A DNA stretch of 64,000 bases from a virus: positions 8,623 through 72,622 of IMG/VR virus record IMGVR_UViG_3300021498_000001; one strand, written 5' to 3'. Position 1 is the stretch's first letter. Each line of letters begins with the position of its first letter. The position numbers were made by a program, and so were the translations under genes. The notes under the pieces are model-generated. The model was not told the DNA's origin. It saw only the letters and a list, made by a program, of their open reading frames with translations, and ran no database searches. Shown one piece after another: positions 46,157 to 54,181 of the stretch.

Positions 46157-46351
46157 ATGACATCAAGAATTGTACCAACTAATACCTCTGATGAGGCTTC
46201 TTTAAGATATGGAATCGATATTTATAGTGATTGTTGCACTTGTCCTCCAATCTATACCTGCCCTAATTGTGGTATGGCGTTTGTACCTAGTATTTGGATT
46301 GAAATAAATGGTCATTTAAGACCAATTTGTCCTTATTGTGGAGACCCTTAA
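46157..46351 (+). CDS. Zinc-ribbon protein
   Basis: CPNCG ... CPYCG. Confidence 0.55.
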   Translation: MTSRIVPTNTSDEASLRYGIDIYSDCCTCPPIYTCPNCGMAFVPSIWIEINGHLRPICPYCGDP

Positions 46352-46365
46352 GAGGTAAGGAGGTA

Positions 46366-46680
46366 ATGAATAAAATAGATAAATATTGGTTGGTCAAAAT
46401 TGGGCCTAGTTGGCAAGATCCTCTTTGGATATTTGTAGCAGAAAATTATGAAACAGCGAAAGATTTTGTCTTTGAGATAATGAAACGGTCTGCTTATAAC
46501 GATTGGAGTATAGATGAGTCTAAAGATTTGCTAAATGTATATAGTGATAATCTAAAAATATGGATTGAGGTAGAACAAGCTGAATATTTAAGCAAGTCCT
46601 CAATAAATGCCTTATTGGGTTCACTTGCAAACGTGTTTGCCTTTAAGACTCTTGATAAGGAGAAACATAGCAATGCCTAG
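46366..46680 (+). CDS. Hypothetical protein (similar to N-terminus of 55004-55513)
   Basis: AAGGAGGT RBS before ATG 46366; YWLVKIG..LKIWIEVE versus YLIRIG..LQIWIDIE. Confidence 0.6.
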   Translation: MNKIDKYWLVKIGPSWQDPLWIFVAENYETAKDFVFEIMKRSAYNDWSIDESKDLLNVYSDNLKIWIEVEQAEYLSKSSINALLGSLANVFAFKTLDKEKHSNA

Positions 46681-47140
46681 AAAACAACCTATATGGTACC
46701 GCAAAGGCTTTTCTACAGGTGGCAGATATGATTGGGAATTAGAGGCAGAAATAAGAGGTTATTCTTCTGTTAAGGAAATGCTTGAGGATTTATACATCAA
46801 AAAAAACATGACTTATTATCAAGTTGCAGATTATCTGGGGGGCATTAGTGCTGGCGGTGTATTTAATAAACTCAAACGATTGGGAATTTCAAAAGGATAT
46901 AAGAGACATTTTAACAATAAATTTGAAGAACTTTTCCCCAAAGTCAAAAAGTGTTTAGAACAAGGACGATATTTGAAAGACTGTCTTGCACTAATAGGCT
47001 ATAAATCTTGCGGCAATTGCAATGAAGGGTTTGTGGGATGGATGAAAAGGCATAAAGGATTAGTAAATAAAGGGTGCAGAAAATATCCTAAATGGGTGTT
47101 TGAAGAAAATAAACAAGGAGAACAGGATGCCAGAAAATAA
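46673..47140 (+). CDS. HTH DNA-binding protein immediately upstream of the Tas-like gene
   Basis: LYIKKNMTYYQVADYLGGISAGGVFNKLKRLGI; AAGGAG RBS before MPRKQ. Confidence 0.65.
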   Translation: MPRKQPIWYRKGFSTGGRYDWELEAEIRGYSSVKEMLEDLYIKKNMTYYQVADYLGGISAGGVFNKLKRLGISKGYKRHFNNKFEELFPKVKKCLEQGRYLKDCLALIGYKSCGNCNEGFVGWMKRHKGLVNKGCRKYPKWVFEENKQGEQDARK

Positions 47141-48023
47141 AATACAGAAACCTATAAGGCAATTAGTGCGAAGCATTTATGATTTACAAGAAGATAGAAA
47201 GAGAATTGGTCTTAGGCTAGTGAATCATTTTATGGTGAAAATGGGAATTGCGCCTTCCCAGAAAAGAGGCAAAGCGAGGCAGTTATTAGACCAGTTAAAG
47301 CAAGAATATAAGAGAATCACAGACGGTCTCCTAGAAGAGCCTAATGTTAGAAAGCTGTTGAAAGAGAAAGGATTGATTACCGATGAAGCAGAGATGATTT
47401 TGGTATCCATGTATTTTGATTTGTTGAAGAGAGAAGAGCAACAAGTTAAGGCTTTAGAAAAGGTATTGGAACAAGAGCGTATTTATACAACCTTTCTGAA
47501 GAATATCAAAGGTATTGGACCTCTACTAAGCGGTGTGCTTATATCGGAGATAGATATAACAAAGGCTAAATATGCAAGCTCTCTTTGGAAGTATGCGGGC
47601 CTTGATGTAATCACTTATTATGATGAAAATAAGAAGCAGTGGATAACAGAAGGCAGGCGAATGAAAACAACCCATTTAGAGGAGAGAGAGTATATAGACA
47701 AAGATGGGAAGAAGAAAGTTAAGAAGACTCTCACTTTCAATCCATTCCTAAAAAGCAAGTTGGTAGCAGAAAAGGGTGTAGCTCACAACTTCATAATGCA
47801 CAGAACAGAACCTTATTATAGCATGTATTTGAACTACAAGTTTAGAGTGAGAAATAAGCCTGAGTATAAAGATGAATCTGATGGGCATATTCATAATATG
47901 GCTAAGAGGTATATTGCAAAGCAGTTTTTAATTGTGTATTATAAGAAGGCAAGAGAACTGGCTGGATTGCCTGTATATAATCCTTATGCAGAGGCAAAGC
48001 TAGGAATAAAGCATGCTGTATAG
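47127..48023 (+). CDS. Nop-domain/IS110-related RNA-binding protein without nuclease domain (TasA-like)
   Basis: AAGGAG RBS then ATG 47127 (298 aa); coiled coil followed by LKNIKGIGPLLSGVLISEID..SSLWKYAGL..FNPFLKSKL..HIHNMAKRYIAKQFL; no N-terminal DEDD/RuvC or HNH domain; abuts the dual-repeat array. Confidence 0.85.
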   Translation: MPENKIQKPIRQLVRSIYDLQEDRKRIGLRLVNHFMVKMGIAPSQKRGKARQLLDQLKQEYKRITDGLLEEPNVRKLLKEKGLITDEAEMILVSMYFDLLKREEQQVKALEKVLEQERIYTTFLKNIKGIGPLLSGVLISEIDITKAKYASSLWKYAGLDVITYYDENKKQWITEGRRMKTTHLEEREYIDKDGKKKVKKTLTFNPFLKSKLVAEKGVAHNFIMHRTEPYYSMYLNYKFRVRNKPEYKDESDGHIHNMAKRYIAKQFLIVYYKKARELAGLPVYNPYAEAKLGIKHAV

Positions 48024-48958
48024 CCATATGGATGAAGTTTCCCGCTGCATTCTAGCGAGCCATAGCTTTATAGGCAACCATGCTTTTGAAGCGAGCCATA
48101 GCGGAACTGATAACCATGTTGCTTGAGCGAGTCATGCTATTAGAGTTATCCACTGCCAAGAAGCGGGTCCTAATTTTTCAGGTAACCTTGATAACATAGC
48201 GAGCCTTATTGACTGAGACAACCAAGATAAAGGAGCGAGCCTGATTTTCCAAGATAACCTCGATAAAATAGCGAGCCAGAAAATTTTAGACATCCACAAT
48301 TGAAAAGCGAGCCACATGTACCCAGATATCCATTATTACAGAGCGAGCCGCAATAACACAGACGACCATGATTTGTGAGCAAGCCACTCTTTTCCAGTTG
48401 ACCATTAAAGTTGAGCGAGCCATAGACAAATAGTTAACCATGATGTATAAGCGAGCCATGTACACTAAGTCAACCATTCGTTATTAGCGAGTCGCAGATG
48501 GTAAGTTAGCCATGTTGATATAGCGAGGCCATATTTGAATAGTCAACCATCTGAGAGAAGCGAGCCATATAGATTAAGGCAACCGAAATTTCCTAGCGCC
48601 ATTAGAAAGGAGTTAGCCAAGGTGATTGAGCGAGTGGTAGATATCCCTGAATCTTAAGCGAGTCATTTTAAAGGAGGCAACCACGTCTGGTGAGCGAGCC
48701 ACTTTCGCACAGATAACCACCCAAGGCAAGCGAGCCATTTGATTTAAGACAACCATTTTGTGATAGCGAATGCCATAATTCCTGAGCTAACCCACGATAA
48801 TGAGCGAGTCATGATTAGTTAGACATCCCATAGAGACGAAGCGAGCCATTATTGTCAAGACACCCATTATGTTTTAGCGAGCCCTTAATGCCAAGATAAC
48901 CATTTTCCCATAGCGCAATCTAAGCCATATCAGTTAAGCTACCCAAGCCTTTAGAGCG
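48022..48958 (+). repeat. Tandem interspaced guide array (TIGR-type): ~26 units of 36 nt, AGCCA-N9-AGnyAACCA-N9-AGCG
   Basis: Unit starts at 48022, 48058, 48094, 48130, 48166, 48202, 48238, 48274, 48310, 48346, 48382, 48418, 48454, 48490 (exact 36-nt period), then 48527, 48563, ~48597, ~48633 (truncated), 48661, 48697, 48733, 48771, 48807, 48844, 48880, 48923; no spacer repeats that I could see. Confidence 0.92.
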
Positions 48959-48980
48959 AAACTCCCTTACCTTCTTTTTA

Positions 48981-49340
48981 TTTTGATACACTTGAGACAG
49001 TTATCACACTTAGTACATTCGAAACACTTGATACAGTTGAGACAGTTAGCATAGAATATACAGAAATATCACAGTAATCCTTGAAAATCCAGAAATATCA
49101 AGCATGATACACTATGCAACACTTTGATACAGTTATGGACATAAGACACATCGGATTTTTCTCTCAAAATCAAGATATAATCTATAAAATCAGGGACACC
49201 CTTTCAACCTTTGATACAGTTTGAGACATTATGGACATAAGACACATCGGGATTTAGCTAGATATAGCAAGGAAAATCCAGGATTTTGGAGAATTTTTTG
49301 ATACACCTGTGTGTGTGTGTATCAGTGTATCTTGGTTTAT
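48981..49340. repeat. Iteron-like repeat cluster plus AT-rich tract (candidate origin or packaging site)
   Basis: GATACA at 48985, 49030, 49106, 49126, 49213, 49300; GAGACA at 48994, 49039, 49223; inverted TGTATC at 49318 and 49326; 22-bp direct repeat at 49133-49154 and 49229-49250. Confidence 0.6.
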
Positions 49341-49368
49341 ATAAATATAAATATATATAACGGCCTAG

Positions 49369-49935
49369 CTATGGAGTTTGAATCGAATTTAATTGGTTCC
49401 TCAAAGACTCACGATACTTTATCTCATTTTCATCCAAGTTTGCCCTTCCCCTCTTTATAACTCTATTCTCAAACTCAAAGGCTATCTTTGCCTGTTTTCT
49501 CTTTGCTCTAAGATAAGGATACAAGAATTGCAAAACAGCACCTGCTTTATACCCATAAGCTACCCAATAATATGTAGGCTTTTGAATATCTAACCTGCGA
49601 TAAACCTTGCCTATTTCTAGGACTTTCTTTATTTGTCTAGGGACTTCCCTATCTTCATGTTTAATAAGGATCTCCAATTGATAAGAAGGACATTCCCTGT
49701 CTTTTCTATTTCTCTTTGCAATCCTTATTATGCCATATTTCTCAAACAGATCTCCCAAATACATGCTCTGAGACTTCTTCTGCAATAATTTTCTTTTTAG
49801 ATTGCCCAAGAAAATCTGAGTTTTGCCCATTGTATTTCTATGCTTGCATTTGGGGCATATTGCGCTTAGGTGACCTTTTCTACTTTGGGAGTAGTATAGA
49901 AATTTATGACCACAGAGTCCACATTGTATCTGCAT
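49369..49935 (-). CDS. Zinc ribbon plus degenerate LAGLIDADG-like domain
   Basis: CGLCG..CPKC; YLGDLFEKYGIIRI, YQLEILI, GKVY, LYPYLRAKRKQAKIA follow the single-motif LAGLIDADG pattern. Confidence 0.6.
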   Translation of the reverse strand: MQIQCGLCGHKFLYYSQSRKGHLSAICPKCKHRNTMGKTQIFLGNLKRKLLQKKSQSMYLGDLFEKYGIIRIAKRNRKDRECPSYQLEILIKHEDREVPRQIKKVLEIGKVYRRLDIQKPTYYWVAYGYKAGAVLQFLYPYLRAKRKQAKIAFEFENRVIKRGRANLDENEIKYRESLRNQLNSIQTP

Positions 49936-49972
49936 CTAATTAGAAGATAACATGAAGCCCATTATTTATCAA

Positions 49973-50006
49973 TCTCATATTATTTATCTCTGTATCTTAT
50001 ACCTTC
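49973..50006 (+). repeat. Direct repeat, left copy (31/34 identical to 51944-51977)
   Basis: TCTCATATTATTTATCTCTGTATCTTATACCTTC. Confidence 0.8.
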
Positions 50007-50074
50007 GCAACTTGACATAATATTAGAAAATGCGACATTTAAATTTATCAGATTAAATTGACTAGTGCTTTACA

Positions 50075-50653
50075 TTAGAAAGTTTGAGACATTTCTTTAG
50101 ATATTGCTTCTAACAAGACATTGGTTGGTATAGCAATGCTCTTGGTTGTATAAGTTTTGTTGTTAGCACTTATAATATCATAACTCTTTATCCAATTCTT
50201 TCCATTCATGATCCAAGCTCGTTTTAACAACAAGACTGGTAATAGGTAAACCTTCTTGGAGGACATAATAGCATAAACTATATAGTCAGATTGACAAGTG
50301 TAAAGCCAACCAGGTTTGCGTTGTTCCCAGATACTCCATATTTCTAACAATATGTCACCATAATCCTTTCTTCGTTTCTTCTCATCAATCGTTAAAATTC
50401 TTCCATCTTTGAAATATAAGATTTTATCTATTCCTTTCTTTTGTAAATCTAGATCTTCTACAAGTTTAATTCTCCTCAAACCAGGAAATATGCGATAGTA
50501 GAAACTATCAAATAATTCATTCTCTCGTTGATCTAGTGAATATTGTAAATCTACATCAAAATCGTTATATTTCATTGCCCCATGCTTTCCAGCCCTGTCG
50601 AGTCTCTCGTGCAAAAAGCTCAAGATACTTTCCTTTGGGGCACATTTTTTCAA
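50075..50653 (-). CDS. PD-(D/E)xK-like nuclease (putative endonuclease; start may be MKYNDF)
   Basis: DLQKKGID..IDEKKR..DILLE..PGW..DYIVY. Confidence 0.6.
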   Translation of the reverse strand: MKKCAPKESILSFLHERLDRAGKHGAMKYNDFDVDLQYSLDQRENELFDSFYYRIFPGLRRIKLVEDLDLQKKGIDKILYFKDGRILTIDEKKRRKDYGDILLEIWSIWEQRKPGWLYTCQSDYIVYAIMSSKKVYLLPVLLLKRAWIMNGKNWIKSYDIISANNKTYTTKSIAIPTNVLLEAISKEMSQTF

Positions 50654-51710
50654 TCATTTCATATATTAATTTGGGTTTTTCACTATGCTTGCCTCTTCTC
50701 TCACGAATTATCGAGCTAAATCTTGAATCTGGTGGAGGAACAGGGTAGTTCCCTTTAACACCTACTAATAATAACTCATGCTGTATTCTGAACCAAAATC
50801 CCATACCTATAACTTCTTTATCCCATACAGCGCAAGTGCGATATTTGAAGCCCCAGGCTCTCATAACTTCCAAAGCTTCTTCTAACTTTGGAGCAGTTGC
50901 CCACAAAAATAATACTGCATTTTCTGCAGATGGTATTTGTAATTGCTTTATTTCATCTAGAGTCATAGTTGGGTACTGATTTTCGATTGCTCTATTGATT
51001 GCCATTGAAAACTCATATTGCCAAGGAGGATCGGCAAGTATAACATCATATTTTTCATTATTTGTCAAAATTGATGGCTCGGTGTATAAATCTCTTATTA
51101 TCTTTTGTCTTGCTTTCTTGATTGATAATCTATCCTCCTCAATAACCTTGATTATCTTTTTCTTCTCTTCAGGTGGCTTCTTATAAAGCTCAATAATATC
51201 CTGTTTTGGGTTTTGTTTGAGGATTTCTCTAGGTATGTGTTGTGTTAACTCTTCTACTGCTTGGGCTAGAAGGGCGTCGTTATAAACTGTTCTGCTTGTT
51301 ACTCCTGTTTCTTCAGCTATCTTTTGAGCAGTCTCAGAAGGATCTGAAATTTTTTCAGATCCCTTACTGTAAGGTATTTGGCCCCCATGACTCTGTTTCT
51401 CCAGCAAATACTTCTTGCCTCTTAAAACACTCACCTCAAAAGGATCCAGATTTCTCCTACTTAATTGGTTATCAATAACCCAATTAATAGCTGATTTTCT
51501 ATCAGGCAAGGAGATATACCTAAAGGTTGGTTTAATATTGTGTTTTTTACAAATCTCTAATCGGTGGTGTCCATCCAATAATATATCTTGCTCTTTCCAT
51601 ACAACTAATGGTTCAGTAAGGCCTTCATTTAAAATTTTTTGCTCGAGTCCCTGAAATTCATCTGGCTTTAATGGTGGTATCAAATTCATAATATCTGGAT
51701 CGATTTTCAT
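50565..51710 (-). CDS. ParB-like N-terminus plus MT-A70-family adenine methyltransferase
   Basis: LLDGHHR and NQLSRRNL (ParB-like); ILADPPW, LFLWAT, WGFKY, HELLLVG, HSEKP, LELFAR..WGNE (MT-A70). Confidence 0.9.
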   Translation of the reverse strand: MKIDPDIMNLIPPLKPDEFQGLEQKILNEGLTEPLVVWKEQDILLDGHHRLEICKKHNIKPTFRYISLPDRKSAINWVIDNQLSRRNLDPFEVSVLRGKKYLLEKQSHGGQIPYSKGSEKISDPSETAQKIAEETGVTSRTVYNDALLAQAVEELTQHIPREILKQNPKQDIIELYKKPPEEKKKIIKVIEEDRLSIKKARQKIIRDLYTEPSILTNNEKYDVILADPPWQYEFSMAINRAIENQYPTMTLDEIKQLQIPSAENAVLFLWATAPKLEEALEVMRAWGFKYRTCAVWDKEVIGMGFWFRIQHELLLVGVKGNYPVPPPDSRFSSIIRERRGKHSEKPKLIYEMIEKMCPKGKYLELFARETRQGWKAWGNEI

Positions 51711-51731
51711 AAGGCCTCCTTAATAGTGAAA

Positions 51732-51893
51732 CTATTTAGCATTCTTTCGGTCTTTAAATCTCTTTCTTTCATAATCTCTGTTCCAATAAGGACTGCCACA
51801 TTTAGGGCACCTAAGAGGCAATCTTTCACTCCTTGGAATCCATTCTTTACCACATCTTTTGCATCTTAATCGAGGCAATCGGAGCCGCTTCAT
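51732..51893 (-). CDS. Small zinc-ribbon protein (53 aa), leaderless, not in ORF track
   Basis: MKRLRLPRLRCKRCGKEWIPRSERLPLRCPKCGSPYWN...; ATG 7 nt after the consensus -10. Confidence 0.7.
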   Translation of the reverse strand: MKRLRLPRLRCKRCGKEWIPRSERLPLRCPKCGSPYWNRDYERKRFKDRKNAK

Positions 51894-51900
51894 GTTAGGC

Positions 51901-51929
51901 ATTATACCTTTGTCTTGTTACAATGTCAA
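51901..51929 (-). promoter_or_regulatory. Perfect consensus sigma70 promoter (TTGACA-17-TATAAT)
   Basis: -35 at 51924-51929, -10 at 51901-51906. Confidence 0.85.
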
Positions 51930-51943
51930 GATATAACACTTAT

Positions 51944-51977
51944 TCTCATATTATTTATCTCTTTCTCTTATCCCTTC
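51944..51977 (+). repeat. Direct repeat, right copy
   Basis: TCTCATATTATTTATCTCTTTCTCTTATCCCTTC. Confidence 0.8.
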
Positions 51978-52049
51978 CGCGTCTAACTTTGTTTGATTTG
52001 CCTAAGATTCTTGCAACAGCTTAAATTGCATGCTATCATATTCTTTTAA

Positions 52050-52553
52050 ATGAAGGAAGTCAAATTCTTAGCTTACAAAGGCACAGACTGGCTTGCAAAA
52101 GTCATAAGGTGGCAAACTCAATCTGAGTACAGCCATATTGCTTATATTTATGACAAAGAGCACACCATAGAAGTCTGGCCAGACAGCTTCAAAGAGTTAT
52201 TTAATTGCAGGTGGAAAATAAGAAAGATATTTCAAGGCTACAAACAAGGCGATGAGTATGAGATTTGGAGTTTAAAAGTCAGTAATGCCCAATTTGTAGT
52301 AATAGACAACTTCTTTGTAAGCCTTGTCAAAATGCATGCCAAGTTTGATTATATTGCTGGATTTGGACTGTTCACAAAGTGGAATAAACAAAAAGAGAAT
52401 CAATACTTTTGCAGTGAGGGTTGCATTTGGCCCTTAGTAAGAGCATTTAATTGGTATAGCATTACTCCTTGGAAGGTTACACCTGTTGCCTTTGTTTGGA
52501 TTATTCAAGCAGCGGGTGCAGAATGCATAGAAAAGGGCATAATTAGGTCTTGA
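52050..52553 (+). CDS. Permuted papain-like (NlpC/P60, YiiX/YebB-type) enzyme
   Basis: IRWQTQSEYSHIAY (His) precedes YFCSEG (Cys); KVTP. Confidence 0.75.
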   Translation: MKEVKFLAYKGTDWLAKVIRWQTQSEYSHIAYIYDKEHTIEVWPDSFKELFNCRWKIRKIFQGYKQGDEYEIWSLKVSNAQFVVIDNFFVSLVKMHAKFDYIAGFGLFTKWNKQKENQYFCSEGCIWPLVRAFNWYSITPWKVTPVAFVWIIQAAGAECIEKGIIRS

Positions 52554-52578
52554 CTTATCGGGTTAAAGAGTGTATCTT
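52550..52578 (+). promoter_or_regulatory. sigma70-type promoter (TTGACT-17-TATCTT)
   Basis: -35 at 52550-52555, -10 at 52573-52578. Confidence 0.6.
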
Positions 52579-52598
52579 AGATTTAGAAAGGAGGCACA

Positions 52599-52826
52599 AT
52601 GCAGGTAAAGGTGCTTTTGGAGAGTCAAGAAGTTGCATTAAATGCAGAGCAATTAGGTATCAATATGGATACACCTGAGGATGAAATATTAAAAAATTGC
52701 GCACCTGTTATCTTGGAGCAGACAGGTGTGAATATAGAATCTGATACGGGTGGCTATATTTACACAGTGCGCAAAATGACAGATTCAGATACAATTTATA
52801 TTTTGCCTAAGGCGGAGGCAGTCTAA
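52599..52826 (+). CDS. Small protein, possible ubiquitin-like (beta-grasp) fold
   Basis: 75 aa; MQVKVL..helix..YTVRK..TIYILPKAEAV. Confidence 0.4.
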   Translation: MQVKVLLESQEVALNAEQLGINMDTPEDEILKNCAPVILEQTGVNIESDTGGYIYTVRKMTDSDTIYILPKAEAV

Positions 52827-52972
52827 TCAATTCAAATAATTTCCAAGTCAAAGAAGCTGGTTTTTGTGTAGAAGGCATGGATAATATTCTATCTCTAAAG
52901 AGTATGGTATTAACTGCTCAAGATTTCATAGAGAAGGATTTGATTTATAAGACGAGATATTAGGAGGTCTAA

Positions 52973-53428
52973 ATGATTTGGATAATTTTACCTATGATTA
53001 GTATCATTCTTTTGGTATATTCTTTCAAGAAAGATAAGTTTGGGCTTGGATTCGTTTCTTTTCTTAGCTCAATCGGTTCTATCATAATATTGATAACATG
53101 CATTGTTTCAGGAGTGACTACTTATCCTTATTTAATTGGCAAATATCAAGAGATTAAAGCACTTCATCAAAGAATTGAAGACATTAGAGCTGCTGCTTAT
53201 CCAGAACAACCAGAACCAGGCAAACTTATTGCAGGCAGTTTAACTAATTTACAACAATCTTCTAGACTAAGTGAGTATCTGCGCCTTGTTGCAACAAATG
53301 AGGCTGAATATAACGCTGATTTAACTAAGGCTCGATTTTACAAAACAGATTTAACATGGATCTTATTTGGTCATGGATTGTTTATTTCAAACAAAGTATT
53401 TCAATTGCCTGAGATAAAACATGAGTAG
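52973..53428 (+). CDS. Membrane protein (2 TM)
   Basis: Two hydrophobic N-terminal helices; AGGAGG RBS. Confidence 0.65.
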   Translation: MIWIILPMISIILLVYSFKKDKFGLGFVSFLSSIGSIIILITCIVSGVTTYPYLIGKYQEIKALHQRIEDIRAAAYPEQPEPGKLIAGSLTNLQQSSRLSEYLRLVATNEAEYNADLTKARFYKTDLTWILFGHGLFISNKVFQLPEIKHE

Positions 53429-53832
53429 TTTCAAAGCCGCAAATTATTGACTGGATTAACTATTCCTACCCTACACTTAGCTTATTCTGCTCAAAAACAT
53501 TTGAGGTTGTTTGGGATGAGCAATTTAAACCTCAGAAGGCACAGGATGAATTTGATATATGCACATGGCGAGGAGGAAAAACATTTATTTGTCTTGTTGC
53601 TGCTTTGGGTGGGATTGCGGTGAATCAATGGATGCTGTATAATATTAAAATAAATTTTCTAGGTAATGAAAGAACAATTAGGTCATGGTATCACCTGAGG
53701 TAGAAATCTTAGAACCTAAGAAGCAAGAAGAAGAAGGCAAGATAGAAAATGTTACTGTTACTGAAGATTCTACAACCATTCCCATAGGAGGCATTTTTGT
53801 GACAAAAACTGTTCCTTTCTTTACGTTTACAG

Positions 53833-54153
53833 GTGATAATTATAATGAATAAGAATCTAATTCATGAGATACTTATTCTAGTAAGAGATATCATTGAATT
53901 AGAAGAATACATCGAAAAAGTCAAGGACAAGAAATGGGATGATGCTATCTTTACTGTTATATCCAATAACAGAAAATCAATCTTCAATCGTGCAAAAATG
54001 ATTTGGGAGAATATTCATTCATTATCATTATCCAAGAGCATACCAGATGAAGTTCTCTTTAAGGTAAGAAGGAATCCATATTGGAGTAACGATAAAATTG
54101 CAATATATGTTTGGGAAGAATGTTATAAAAGATGTTTAGCATTAAGAGAGTAA
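53833..54153 (+). CDS. Hypothetical protein
   Basis: About 100-aa ORF; start uncertain. Confidence 0.55.
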   Translation: MIIIMNKNLIHEILILVRDIIELEEYIEKVKDKKWDDAIFTVISNNRKSIFNRAKMIWENIHSLSLSKSIPDEVLFKVRRNPYWSNDKIAIYVWEECYKRCLALRE

Positions 54154-54181
54154 TATACAGGTCATTATAAGGAGGCAAATT

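Noticed and set aside
47100-48023. IS110-family transposase / insertion sequence
   Set aside because: Only the C-terminal-like region is present. There is no N-terminal DEDD RuvC domain and no SG catalytic-serine motif after AGL, and the gene is embedded in an operon and followed by a guide-like array rather than IS ends.
48132-48477. Minus-strand ORFs 48132-48317 and 48286-48477
   Set aside because: Their 12-aa periodicity (WLA/RLA, MAR/MV) is a by-product of the 36-nt array; no RBS, and indels break the frames.
48202-48880. Self-targeting or promoter targeting by array spacers (single 9-10-nt matches near 36368, 46791, 50926, 53444; TTGAC-like content in units 6 and 24)
   Set aside because: Only one half matched in each case I checked, and 9-mers occur by chance in 64 kb of AT-rich DNA. 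An exhaustive paired-spacer search was not possible by eye.
48022-48958. CRISPR array
   Set aside because: Repeats are only ~9 nt, of two alternating types, with 9-nt spacers; there is no long palindromic repeat and no cas1/cas2 or effector genes.
49308-49321. (GT)n microsatellite as an independent feature
   Set aside because: Short, and better explained as the spacer/arm of the GATACAC/GTGTATC inverted repeat.
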